Positions 1 to 10,873 of a stretch of DNA of 54,191 nucleotides are shown here, piece by piece. The first letter of the stretch is position 1; every line of letters starts with the position of its first letter. This stretch comes from Cercozoa sp. M6MM. Its lineage: Eukaryota > Protista > Endomyxa: Ascetosporea. The stretch lies in NCBI GenBank assembly GCA_040357565.1, contig JBDODJ010000077.1, one strand, 5' to 3'. Below the pieces are notes generated by a model. The model saw only the letters and a program-made list of their open reading frames with translations. It had not been told where the DNA came from and did not search any database. Both the position numbers and the translations under genes were made by a program.

Positions 1-1902
1 TCAAGCGAACAGAGCCAGCACCGAAGCCGATCACGCCAGTACCCTAGTGACGTGTCAGATATGGGTCGGGGGGGGGGGNNNNNNNNNNNNNNNNNNNNNN
101 NNNNNNNNNNNNNNNNNNNNNNNNNNNNNNNNNNNNNNNNNNNNNNNNNNNNNNNNNNNNNNNNNNNNNNNNNNNNNNTCCTTAGCGGTTTCGCCCCGCC
201 CCCCAGATAAAAACAAAAGTAAATGGTCAAGGTACCTTCTTTTCAGCGACTCGTGTCTTCCACGTCTCGATTTGGATGTACTGATCCAATTGCGTCGGCT
301 GCAATGCATCATTCAGAGAACGTACAAAATGAAGAAACAAACGAAAGTTGCGAAACAAACCGAGAAGGCAAGACGCGTGGAAAGATCTTCAAACGACGCC
401 TGCAAAACACAAGTGCCAAAACAATAGCAGCAGATGTGGGACTCGTCCCACCTGCTTTTGACTCGTGACGTTGAGCAGACGCTCGGCAGAAGCCGCAGCG
501 ACAATAACCGTGGCGTTTTTCTGCTCACAGCAGCGCACATGCTCACACTTCACAGGTCATGTGATCGCTCGAGCCAGACAACAACACACCTGGGCTTCGG
601 ACGCGACAACGAGGGCATCGGCCTCGCCTTGCTTTAGCACGAGAGTCGCCTGCGCACGCAGCACCTGCGCCGTACGCTTCTCTCGCGAGGCGCTCTGCAG
701 CACGCCGACAATCACCTTGTCTGCGCACAGCACATACACGAAAGTAACACGAAAGTCGCAGAAGTACACCGCATGATTCGGGCAGTGGGAAGTGAATGCG
801 GGCGGACCAGTGACCTTGGCGTCAAACGCAGGTTCGAACTGAACCTTGCGCATCTGGAACGACTTCAACACAGCACCGTGCCTAAGGAACAGACAAAGAC
901 AGTAATTTGGCGAGCCCTAGAGCACAGTGAAACAACAGGTACACGGAGAGGACTTCCTTCACACGAATGGCCATATCTCTCGTGATTTCAGTGCGGCGAG
1001 TAAAGAACTCGGTCGACAGGAACGTCGTCGTTGATTCCTACAACAACAACACAACGTTCACACCAAAACAACATTCACACCAAAAAGCTGCACATTGTGC
1101 TGTGATTGCGGTGAACTTACCTTCATAGCCTCCTGCGACATGTCGGCGAACACCTCGTGGTAGTAGCGTTCGTCCGGGTCGCCGAACGTGAGGTACAAGT
1201 GACGCAGCTTGCTCGGCGTTAGCGCGTATGTAAAAGAAACGTCCAGGTACACATTCTGACCGTCCTTTGACCACGCCTGTTGTTGACATCCAATCATCTC
1301 TGCATCTGGTCATAAAGACGCGCCCCAAGCCAACACGCACCGTCAGAGACCCACGACTCTTCGTGTCAGAGAACGACGTCGTATCGTCCGGATTCGGCGT
1401 CTCCTGCATCAAATCAACGCATTGGAAACAGATTAAAAAAGCGGTTTCAACAAACGTACACCGCTGGAAGCGAACTCGACCAATTGCTCGTTTGTTGGGT
1501 AGACCACGTAGTGCTGTCCGACGCCCGAGAAGTAGCGTCCAGCTAAATGCGCGTTAAGTAGAGGAATGAAAGAGCAAGACCACACGTATCAAGAAAAAGG
1601 AAAGAACGCTACAGCCCTTGACGTCGCTGCCGATGTTTTGAGAGACCGTATTGTACTTGATACCCAACTCGTGAGTGCCGACCTAACGAGAACAAAGAGA
1701 CGGAACATAAGAACACTGGGCGACTCTCTTTGATACAACTGAAGAGCGAAAGTACTCGTGAAAACGACAGTCCAAAGAGAGTCAAAGAGGCGACTGCCAT
1801 GCAAGAAACCGGTCCGCGTATACGTGCTGCGGGATGCATATAACACAGGTTACCAATGACAAGGAAGCCAAACACTCCGCAGGTAATGTAGGGCGCGCTC
1901 AT
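1..1902 (-). CDS. SPFH/band-7 (prohibitin/erlin-like) domain membrane protein, multi-exon, 3' end runs off the window
   Basis: Spliced reading: MSAPYITCGVFGFLVIVASLTLFGLSFSR (N-terminal TM anchor), VGTHELGIKYNT, GRYFSGVGQHYVVYPTNEQLVEF, SKDGQNVYLDVSFTYAL..LYLTFG, EFFTRRTEI, LKSFQMRKVQFEPAFDAKV, then an Ala/Glu-rich coiled coil. This follows the SPFH pattern. One intron spans the N gap at 79-178. Confidence 0.75.
79..178. other. Assembly gap (100 N)
   Basis: Run of N directly after a G homopolymer. Confidence 0.99.
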
Positions 1903-2269
1903 CCGCACTGCCAATTGTTCTCCTATACACCGAAACCACTCAGTATCGGCTTTGCTGATGTACAAGACCGGAGGGGCTAACGTAGACTCAATACCTGTCA
2001 GAAAAGCTCGAGCGAGGACCTGCCTAATACCAAAAGCCTCGCTGAATGAGCTCTACTGATGCACAAAAGGGACAAACTAAGGCATTGTACCTGTCAGAAA
2101 AGCTCACTGCTGCTTAGCGAGTTCCTAGGGGCCTGGGGCAATGAGTGCTCTTGATCGAAACCAGAAAACCAACTATTGTTGTCGATGCTTTGTTGTTAAG
2201 GGTGCGTTGTTGCATTGATTTCACGCCGATGACAGCGAAAGCACATAGTACACAAAGCACGTGCGGTAG

Positions 2270-2740
2270 ATGTCAAAGCAAACCAAACGAGGCGCCCAAG
2301 AGGCGCCGGCGGAACGCGGCGTCGAAGACGTCAATGTCGCCGAGATGATCGGACTGCGCGTCAAGGTGCATTCATTCGCACATCCCTGTGAAGTTGAAGT
2401 TCATGTGCTTTGGGGGTAATACATGATGTGCTGTTTCTGTGATGAACCAGGAAGAGCACGAGATCGTGTACATGGATGACTTGAATGCGCCCGAGGCACG
2501 TAAATTCCCGGACGCAATGTTTCAGCACCAGAGTTTCGCGCACTTGTTGACCAAGTGCTACGCTGTATGTCTTCTTCTGAGTCGCCTTGCGAGAGCTGTC
2601 ACACGTGCTACTTCTGTGACTGTGTTTCTATCTGTGGGTAGGCCTTGCACCTGCCGGTCATCATCAACCCACCAGCCTGGAGGCAGATGCTACACCGCCT
2701 GTTGCCACGACACTCTGATCCGTATACTGTTCAGCATTGC

Positions 2741-2786
<46 letters not shown>

Positions 2787-2810
2787 CGTCCTTTTTCTGT
2801 CATCTGTCTA

Positions 2811-2874
<64 letters not shown>

Positions 2875-3217
2875 GTGTTGTGTTGCAGTACCCTATGGCA
2901 AGACGACACACCAGGCTCTTTCTTGGCTCTTTCTTTGGCGAGGTGCTCCCCTGCTACCGGTCGGTTGGTTGGGTAGTTATGAGGGGTGATGATGTGCTAG
3001 GCATGGCTTCTGTGACCTCCCTCGGGCAATGGTGTGGACCACCGCTGCCTACATTGGCTCGTTTAAACTGCTGTACGCTCGCTGTATGAATAAACCGGTC
3101 CCTGTGAGTCCGAATTGCCCAACCCTACTGCAGCAAGAACACGCCGTACCGTAATTTCTGCCACCTGATCGGCGTCAGCACTTTCGTACAGAGTTTTTTC
3201 GTCTGGTTTTTACTTTC

Positions 3218-3279
<62 letters not shown>

Positions 3280-3722
3280 CTGAATAGTGCGCCTTGAATT
3301 GGCTCGTCAAGCCCGTGCTAGACCGCGCTGTGGTGAATCAGCTGGTGGACGGAGACTTCTTCCTCGCCGCTCTCTACGTACACCGTGCCTGCCTCCTGAG
3401 TACCCAGGCAGATGTGTTCCTACTCTGGCGTGCTTGTAGCGAGCCAACCTGCGAGCAGCTCTGGAGTACACATCGACGCCGCTCCTCGTGCGGCTGTCGC
3501 GCAAGCAGCGCGCGCGCATCACGGACGACTTCCAAGGCGAGCGTGCTATCCATGTGGTATACTCATCTCGACCATATCCGGCACGTTGTTTTTTGTTTAT
3601 CATAAGATCGTTGGTGCTCCCTTGAGCAGAAGCTCGCCCAGATGGCACAGGACGACGCGGACTGGGTTGCCTCACACCACGACTACGCCCTTAAGTGGCT
3701 CGCCACCGCCAAGCCTCTTTAA
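2270..3722 (+). CDS. Small protein with a degenerate class I phosphodiesterase-like segment (probable pseudo-enzyme), multi-exon
   Basis: Splicing across intron 2960-3133 gives ..FFGEVLPCYRKNTPYRNFCHLIGVSTF, resembling PDE 'Y..N.PYHN..HA..V', followed by FFLAALY (cf. LLxAALxHD) and LLVRLSRKQRARI. The 3' exon choice is ambiguous. Confidence 0.5.
2967..3124 (+). ncRNA. Candidate intronic structured RNA (box C/D-like)
   Basis: 11-bp terminal stem GGTTGGGTAGT (2967-2977) / ATTGCCCAACC (3114-3124) flanking ATGAGGG...TCCGA; canonical GTGATGA at 2986-2992; GCCTACATTG at 3047-3056 is antisense to a conserved LSU rRNA segment. Confidence 0.5.
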
Positions 3723-3928
3723 AATCGAATGCACGCAGTCAGGCAGTGCCCTGCTACCGAGCCAATCTGTTTATCGAACGTGACTTTATACGATATTTCG
3801 TTGAACTGCCGACCGAACGTGAGCGCGTCAAGTCAACCCAACGCACTGCAAGTCTCAGACGGGCATCCGTTCGTCCCGCGAAAAAACTGAAGTCAACGAG
3901 CAACAAGGGAAAACTTAAACCTTAGCGC

Positions 3929-5594
3929 ATGTGTGGACGCATAGCAAACGGTAGGACTGCAGCGCAGATCCAAAAGTGAGTTGTTTACACACTTAAGGTT
4001 GTATTTATTTTCCTGTATAGGGACGATTTGTTTCGCATGTAGCTTGGTTGGAGGAGGGCATGTCGTGAGATATACCAGTGCCCCTGCGCCGCAGGCGAAC
4101 TACAACTGTGGTCCTGCGCAACAGTCAACTGTTGTGTGGATGTGCAACGAAGCTGCGTACTGTTTCTACCATGGTGTTTCTTGTTTTCGATCAAATACAC
4201 AAAAATGACACCATAGGACCCCGAGCAAGCTTGATCGCAGCAACTCACTTCAGGTGGAATCTGCCAAGGAGGTGATCCCGCAAGAGGAGGTGCAACCGTG
4301 CCTCCCAACCGATACTGACTCCAGTGCGATGGACAAGCTACTCGTGCAAAGCATGCAGGTCAGCTCTCCTGTACATCGGCTACTGTGACTCTTTCATAGC
4401 AATCACCTGCACAGTTTGGACTCATCCCTAGCTTCAGCAAGACTGGCAAAATGGTAGCATCATTGCAGTGCGTGTGTTTCGTGCTTTTCTGAACAAACTT
4501 GAAACGGTGTGCTTGCCAGGAGTACACGACCTTCAACGCGCGCAGCGAAACTGTGCAGGAGAAGCACATGTACCGAAGACTCGTGCGAACACGTCGTTGC
4601 CTTGTGCCTATTGATGGGTATGCATTTATCCTTTCTTGTAATATGTTTGTTTGAGGTGTGCTCATGTACACATGTACACTTGTACAGGTTTTACGAGTGG
4701 GACAAGAAGGCTTCGCGCAGCACTCCGTACTTTATCAAATCTGCCCGCTATGTGCCGTCGCAGGTGCTGCCTGCCAAGGACGATTGCAAGCAGGAGAGTG
4801 CCGACCATGTGTTGTGGTGCCGCTTTGTTTTGGCTGTGCCGTTTCTTATTCACTTGTGTATGTGTTCGTGAGTCAGGTTGGCCGCCATGTTTGACGTGTG
4901 GCACTCAAACGACCCTGCGGAACCTCCGCTTTTCAGCTTCACGGTGCTCACGACGAACTCTGGCCAGAAACTCGGCTGGTTGCACGATCGTCAACCAATC
5001 ACGCTGGACACGCCCGAGGCACGCTGGCGGTGGCTCAACTCACAGAACGACTTTGAGTCCCTGAAGGACCTTATCGGCCCGTCATCTGCTATTGCTTGGC
5101 ACGAGGTACGTAGCCCTTTCTTGGCTCTAAAACAACGTCATTGTCGAGTTTTTAATCTGCAGGTATCGGCTCAAGTGCTCGCAAATCGTTCAGAGACGTC
5201 AGCAAAATGTACCTGGGTGCTTTTTTTTGCAAAACCTGTCCTTGGTAATTGTTGTCCCGCTGTTGGTAGGCGTTGAGTCAATCGACGTTGTTCGCAAACG
5301 AGCCTTCAACAAAGGCTTAGGTACACTCAAAATCACTCGGTGTTCTCTTCCGCACGATTTATTCTTCGTCCAGGCCGTTTCTTCAAGGTCGTGCCCAAGG
5401 CGACAAAGAAAAAGAGCACGAAGCCTGCAGGCGAAGCCACCGAAACAATGAAAGCACTATCAACAGGTGACTTCGACTCAAAACAAGATCCGTCTGGGAC
5501 TAGCACCAGCACGGACCGTGCTGTCGGTGACGGATCAAATGGCTCGTCAATAGTCGACCTCACGGGTCCCGATCGCGACACCTCCGGCTCGTGA
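3929..5594 (+). CDS. HMCES: SRAP-domain abasic-site processing protein (HMCES/YedK family), multi-exon
   Basis: N-terminal MCGR (Cys2), NYNCGPAQ, QSMQFGLIPSF, TFNARSETV, RRCLVPIDGFYEW, SFTVLTT..LGWLHDRQP, WHEVS. Catalytic Cys/Glu/His positions are all present. Confidence 0.92.
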
Positions 5595-5759
5595 GTGGAG
5601 TTGTGCTAGCTACAGCATGCGCACCATGACACAAAAGTCGACGGAATCCTACCGTATAGTGAGCTGATAAAACCGAGCCAACAATTCCGTTCGTCGTGTC
5701 TTGCTTTTATGAGAAGACGATAGCCGGTGAGCTGCTCATAAAAGTTCAACAAAACATGG

Positions 5760-7602
5760 TTACGGTGCTGCCACGCGGCCTTCTTTGTCGCGGATACTGC
5801 GCGCGTACTGGTACTTGGCGTCTGAGCAGATGATCAAAGCAACAACATACGAACGGGAGAGAAAACATACCAAACAAGCCCAAGAACTGCGGCACACTCA
5901 TGCGGTGAGTGGTGCTGTCCTCGAATGCACCGAGTCTGCCTGCACCCCACCACCGCGCTGTTGAATTATAAATGGTATGCACGGAAGCCAGGGATAAATA
6001 GAGGGAAACTATCGGGTGCTAAACGGAAGGCGAAGGGATGCTGAACGGGGTAAGAGGTACAACGGATAAGCACGATGGGGTTAAATTTAAACGAAGGTTA
6101 AACGGGGGATAAATGAAAATGGATCCGAGTGATAGCTAGAACATACCTGGGAGAGTAGAAACGCAACTCATCAGCAACCAAACAAAACCGCAGTTTGGTT
6201 GTATAAATTTACGCTCGGAGAAACTTATAGCAAACAAGGTCTCGAACCGTCGAGCCGACACTCTTGAATTTTGTGCTCCCCCATTGCCAGAACTGACAAT
6301 AAACACAAGGTACATCAGTATTTGTTATGGCAAAGATCTCGTACTTCTTGGATGTGCCGGGTTTGAAACCGACCGCCTGAAGGCACTTCATCTCGTCCAT
6401 CAACAAGATCCACTGCCCAGTCACATCCTCATGAGCTCTGACTAGTAGTGCTGGTATCTCAGGAATTAGTTCCCTGCAGGGTATCGGTGGTTCACACGAC
6501 AAAGCAGCATCGACAACAACAACTTTTTATACTGTCAAAATTACTGTAAATATGTTCGACCTATCGAAACTCAGTCATCGTGCAGCGACGAATACCTGCA
6601 CCACCGTGAAATCCCTGAAAGTGTTCAGGCGCGATAAGAGGGGCTGCAACAGGCAAGCGGTCAACAGAAAACATAGTAAATTTACAGAAGCAAGGTCCAA
6701 AACGTACACCCATCACGTTCTTCTGGCGCATTTCGTCTAGGACAGTCGTTAGCTGTCGCTCCGATACTAAACGAATTTCGGTGCATTGCAAAAAAGGCAT
6801 CAGTCAAAACCACGAAAGGAACGCACCCTCACTGCGTACATGGCGTACTCTGCCTCAATCTGTTCCCCAGAGTCAGCTGTATGGGTATGTTGCGACAAGG
6901 AACATGAATTTACCATGCTGCGGCGCATCCGACACTGTGTGCTGATCGGGATGAGCCAGGCGTCTTCAGCCAGCCGCGAGTTGCTGCGCAGCATACGCTG
7001 CACGAATGCGAACGCGGGCAACCTGTGGTTAACAGTACGGGTGACGCAGTAGCTACATTATTTAAACATTGTACGAACGGTAGTGATCAGGAATGTGCGG
7101 TTTCACGAGCTCGTAACGGAGCTCGGTCATGGCAGGTGACTCTTGCATTGTATGCCTGCACCAACGAGGATCACCATACACACACACACACACAAGCACG
7201 CACACACACACGTACATCAAAAGTACGGTACCACCAAACTTGCGGGACTGCGTCATCCTTCTCGAGGCGCGCGGTAGCACGCTGTGCGTCGCGGGCTGCG
7301 ATACCTGCACAGATACACAAATCGGATGCATGAACACAAAGGCAACAATAGCTACAGATGACTCGGTTACGGAAGGGCCTGCATGCGCGCAGTCGTGCTC
7401 GCAATATGGTCGCGGATGGCGCGTGAGCGGTGGCGCCTCTCCGCCACGGCTTGCAGAACGTCGTTTGCACGTCCTGTGAGTGCACGAATGTGCCGCTGCG
7501 TTGGGTCCAGGGCCTGCGCAACCACCGTGGCGGCAGCGGCGGCTGTGCCTGCCGTCACCAGTGTTGGCACGAACTGCAGGGTGTCGACTCAGGTGAGCCC
7601 AT
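5760..7602 (-). CDS. Hypothetical protein, multi-exon
   Basis: Chain of coding-like exons joined by GT-AG introns (..DAVPQVWWHTMQESPAMTELRYELVKPHIPDHYRSLPAFAFVQRML..; ..KKYEIFAITNTD..; ..DAKYQYARSIRDKEGRVAAP*). The start codon and one internal junction are uncertain; no family recognised. Confidence 0.5.
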
Positions 7603-7665
7603 GATAGTAAGAGAAGCCCGTGGTTGCACGGTAGCTCTCTCGTGTATCGCTGGTGTGCTTCGTGC

Positions 7666-9535
7666 ATGTCGATGCCAGTGAGAGGGCGGCGATCGAAGCG
7701 TTCCGTCTCGCGCCCCGACTACGCGGCTGAGATAGTATTCGGAGGCGTGAGTTCCGCTGTCCTGTCCTTTCGCCTTCTTGACCGTGACTTGCCTGCATAG
7801 GAACCTGCTAAGGCCGAGGACGATGCGACACTTGCCGCAGACGTCGAGAGCGACGAAAACGAAACAACAAGAAGCCGAAGCGCGCGAAGTGCCTAAAGAA
7901 GAGGCGTGGTCGCAGGCCCCAAAATAGATCCGACTCTTCTCTTGTAGCGACGGTAACTGAGGTTTCACTCCTAGTTTGATATCGATCTCCGAACGTTACT
8001 ACAGTCCTTACGGCGCTGCGCAGGCCGGCACACGGCACTGTTGGAAGTACATGAAGCACGGTAGCTTTTGTCTCCTCAGCAACCTGTTTGTTGGTACTGT
8101 GCTGTATATCACTCGTTTGTGCGATCGATGCTCCTCATTCAGCCCCTGACTGGCGCATCCTGCACCATGACTACCCTGTGCCGGGAGGCACTATCGACCA
8201 GAGCGCAGGTGTCCTCCGCAACCCGATCATGCGCAGCTGTCTCAGCGTGGTACTGTTATCTCCCTCTCATGCCTCCCCGATTTACTTGTACACTTCGTAC
8301 TATAGCACGCCCAGAACGGGTACAAGGTTGCGGTGTCTACCTCACCCCGCCTTCCTGAAAGTACGAGTAGCATTACGAATCATGCCTCGACTGTCATCGA
8401 ATTCCCTTGCCCCTGTAGCCCAAGTCTGCGTTGCAGTTGCGTCGTTGCGAGGGGACGCCCTGGCACGCTGTCGAACACGTGATGAACGACTTACAGGTAC
8501 TAACTGCACCTGTTGTCACATTCACCACCTCATGTCCCTGCATCATCTTGTGGGCGTTCGATCGCGCGCGCGCCGAGCACGCGGTGCACACAATCAAGGG
8601 TATCACACGCTCCGCTATGTCGAATGTGGTGCTCTAGTCCCCGAAGTATGGGATTCGGCACGCGAGACGTACCGTGGCGGACGTGCGCATGACTTGCATC
8701 AGAAGGTAATCTGCAACATCGTCAACACGGTTGAGGTATTTGTTGCTCTGTCGGTTTGTCGAGTGGCTATCGCTTCTGTCGTTCTAGCTCCGTGCTTTCC
8801 TGCGCGGCAACCGTGCCTTCATGCGCCGCGGCATTGCCGTCAGACGCATCACCAAGAACGACGCTGCCCGCCGTCTCCTTTTTGACAGAATCCGCACGGA
8901 TGTTTCTACATTTATCCCAGACCCTCGTTCTTGGTCGTCGTTCTTGGTGATGCGTCTGACCGTATCTGCAATCCCGTGCTAGCACAAGGGTGCTCAGACG
9001 CGTGTATCATGTCGACCGAAGAGTGTACGAGCTCTGAGAGGCCGCCGCCTCGTTCTGCTGGGCTGGCGGCCCGGTCGAAAGCCTCTTGGCTTGACCGAGA
9101 GAATTCGTTCTGCGGTACCGGCCCTTTAGGTTCTGGTTTGTCTTTATATGCCAGCTGTAAACTTAGCTTCGGACGCTGAAGCGCCAGAGCCCGAAAAAAA
9201 GAAACGCAAGGCAAACTCGGTACCCTTTCTAACTTACATCACCCACGGTCTTGTCGAACACAGCACATAGCACAAATGTAGCGCGACGCGGCGAAGGTTA
9301 CCGACATCGAGACGGGACTATTTGGGAAGCTGTATCCTGTCCCATGTTTATCTGTGCATGCTGGTGTAGCTTATCGGCTATGTAGGCAGAACGAAGACGC
9401 CATTGTGTCCCTGCTGACGTCGGCACGACGACAGTCACCCGAGGTTCGTTGCTGATGCTCCTGTATTAACACTGTTGATAATGACACGGGTGAGAGCAGC
9501 CTGCAGCCGCTGCTGTGCCGGCACCAGCGCAGTAA
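7666..9535 (+). CDS. Hypothetical protein, multi-exon, with basic NLS-like segments
   Basis: Exons MSMPVRGRRSKRSVSRPDYAAE.., EPAKAEDDATLAADVESDENE.., PDWRILHHDYPVPGG.., LRAFLRGNRAFMRRGIAVRRITKND.., EPEKKKRKANS, RDAAKVTDIETGLFGKLQNED..PAPAQ*. Some 5' junctions are ambiguous; no family recognised. Confidence 0.5.
8839..8960. repeat. Perfect 25-bp inverted repeat with a 72-bp spacer
   Basis: GTCAGACGCATCACCAAGAACGACG (8839-8863) and its exact reverse complement (8936-8960). Confidence 0.95.
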
Positions 9536-9903
9536 GTTACTATCGTCCTCAAAATCGTCATTAACGCCATCCGACGTGAGACGCAACAACGCAACACGAC
9601 GGTTCAGTTGTCTGAACAATAGACTATCGGGTTTCCCGTCCTCATTTTCGCAAAGTACGTAGATACAATATTAGTCGAGATCGGTAGGGTATTTTTGAGC
9701 CAAACAACTCATTAACACTCAAACACTGGCGCCGGCGTCTGTGAACCTATCATGTAACGATATGAAATCAGCGCAGTCGCGGCGCAGCAGTGTTCACGGT
9801 TTCGTCTCGTTCGATATATGTAAATTTACATGCGACGCAATCGGATGCACATATAAATATTTAGTTAACCCCAGTGGACGTCACTTGGATATTCAAATAA
9901 TAA

Positions 9904-10713
9904 CTAATCCGCCCAATTCTTCGCGACGAACACCATGTAGACGTGCAAGATTATAAAGCAAATCCACAAGATCGAGATCAGAAGCTACACACAATGGACA
10001 CCATGATGCACATTCAACAAGACAGTATGGTAAGGCATGGTACCACTCCATCGATCAGAGCAAGTACAATGTTGACAAGCCAGATCACCGCAAGGATAGC
10101 AAACGCTCTACAGTAGTTACAACTTGTAAACTTAACAGTTAGGGTCCTCAAAGAGTTCAACAACGCGCAACGAGAGGAGGACAAAGTTGAGCATACATCC
10201 AGACGAACGGCGCAATCGCATCAACGAGGACCCCAAGGAGAGCGAACAATCCAACGATGATTGTGAGAGTAGAACCAGCGCCGGATTGCCATCTCACCCA
10301 CGTCTTGTTTGTACCCCAACTGACACCTGTCCAGGAAGCAAAAAAAGCCTTGAAATAGCGCGGTAATATCTAGCAGTGGTGCACCGGCGTTTATAGAGAT
10401 AACGGTAGCCCCGAGCAACACCAACACGAAGCCCCAAATGATGATAGCGGTGCGTCTGTGTACAATGGTAGATCTAATGCTACACACTGAAGGTAAAACG
10501 GTACCGGCTGATCTTTCCACAGCAGTCGCCGTCTGTGAAGCGGTCAACAACGCCACCACCGGCGAGTGTGTCGCCGCTCGAACTTCTTGTGCTTTCTGTT
10601 TCCGAATTTGAGCGACTGCTGCTAGCCGTTTCTGTGCGCGTTCGTGTATATGTGCGCGTGCGTTCGTCGCTGGAAGTGGTGGACTCGAGGTCTTGTGATC
10701 GAGAAATTGCCAT
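9904..10713 (-). CDS. Four-transmembrane protein with a Ser/Thr-rich N-terminus (LAPTM/tetraspan-like topology)
   Basis: MAISRSQDLES..DCCGKISRRTAIIIWGFVLVLLGATVISINAG, TLTIIVGLFALLGVLV, AFAILAVIWLVNIVLALIDGV, LLISILWICFIILHVYMVFVAKNWAD*. Four hydrophobic helices follow a CC motif. Confidence 0.65.
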
Positions 10714-10873
10714 GCTTCTCCAGGTGTTTTCGCACTAGCTCCGTCGGAAGTGACCTTGCTCCCAATATGTTGTGCCAACGACCCTAAACTCACCTTACAA
10801 TGGCACAACAGCAATATATCGAGAGGCCGACTTCGGATTTGACCCGACCCAGTTGAAGACAAAATAAAGGATC

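Noticed and set aside
7555-7980. In-frame TGA codons suggesting stop-codon reassignment or selenocysteine
   Set aside because: They can be explained by introns or the wrong frame. Midasin, PSMB3, CKS1 and MOB1 translate cleanly with the standard code, and TAA, TAG and TGA all serve as stops.
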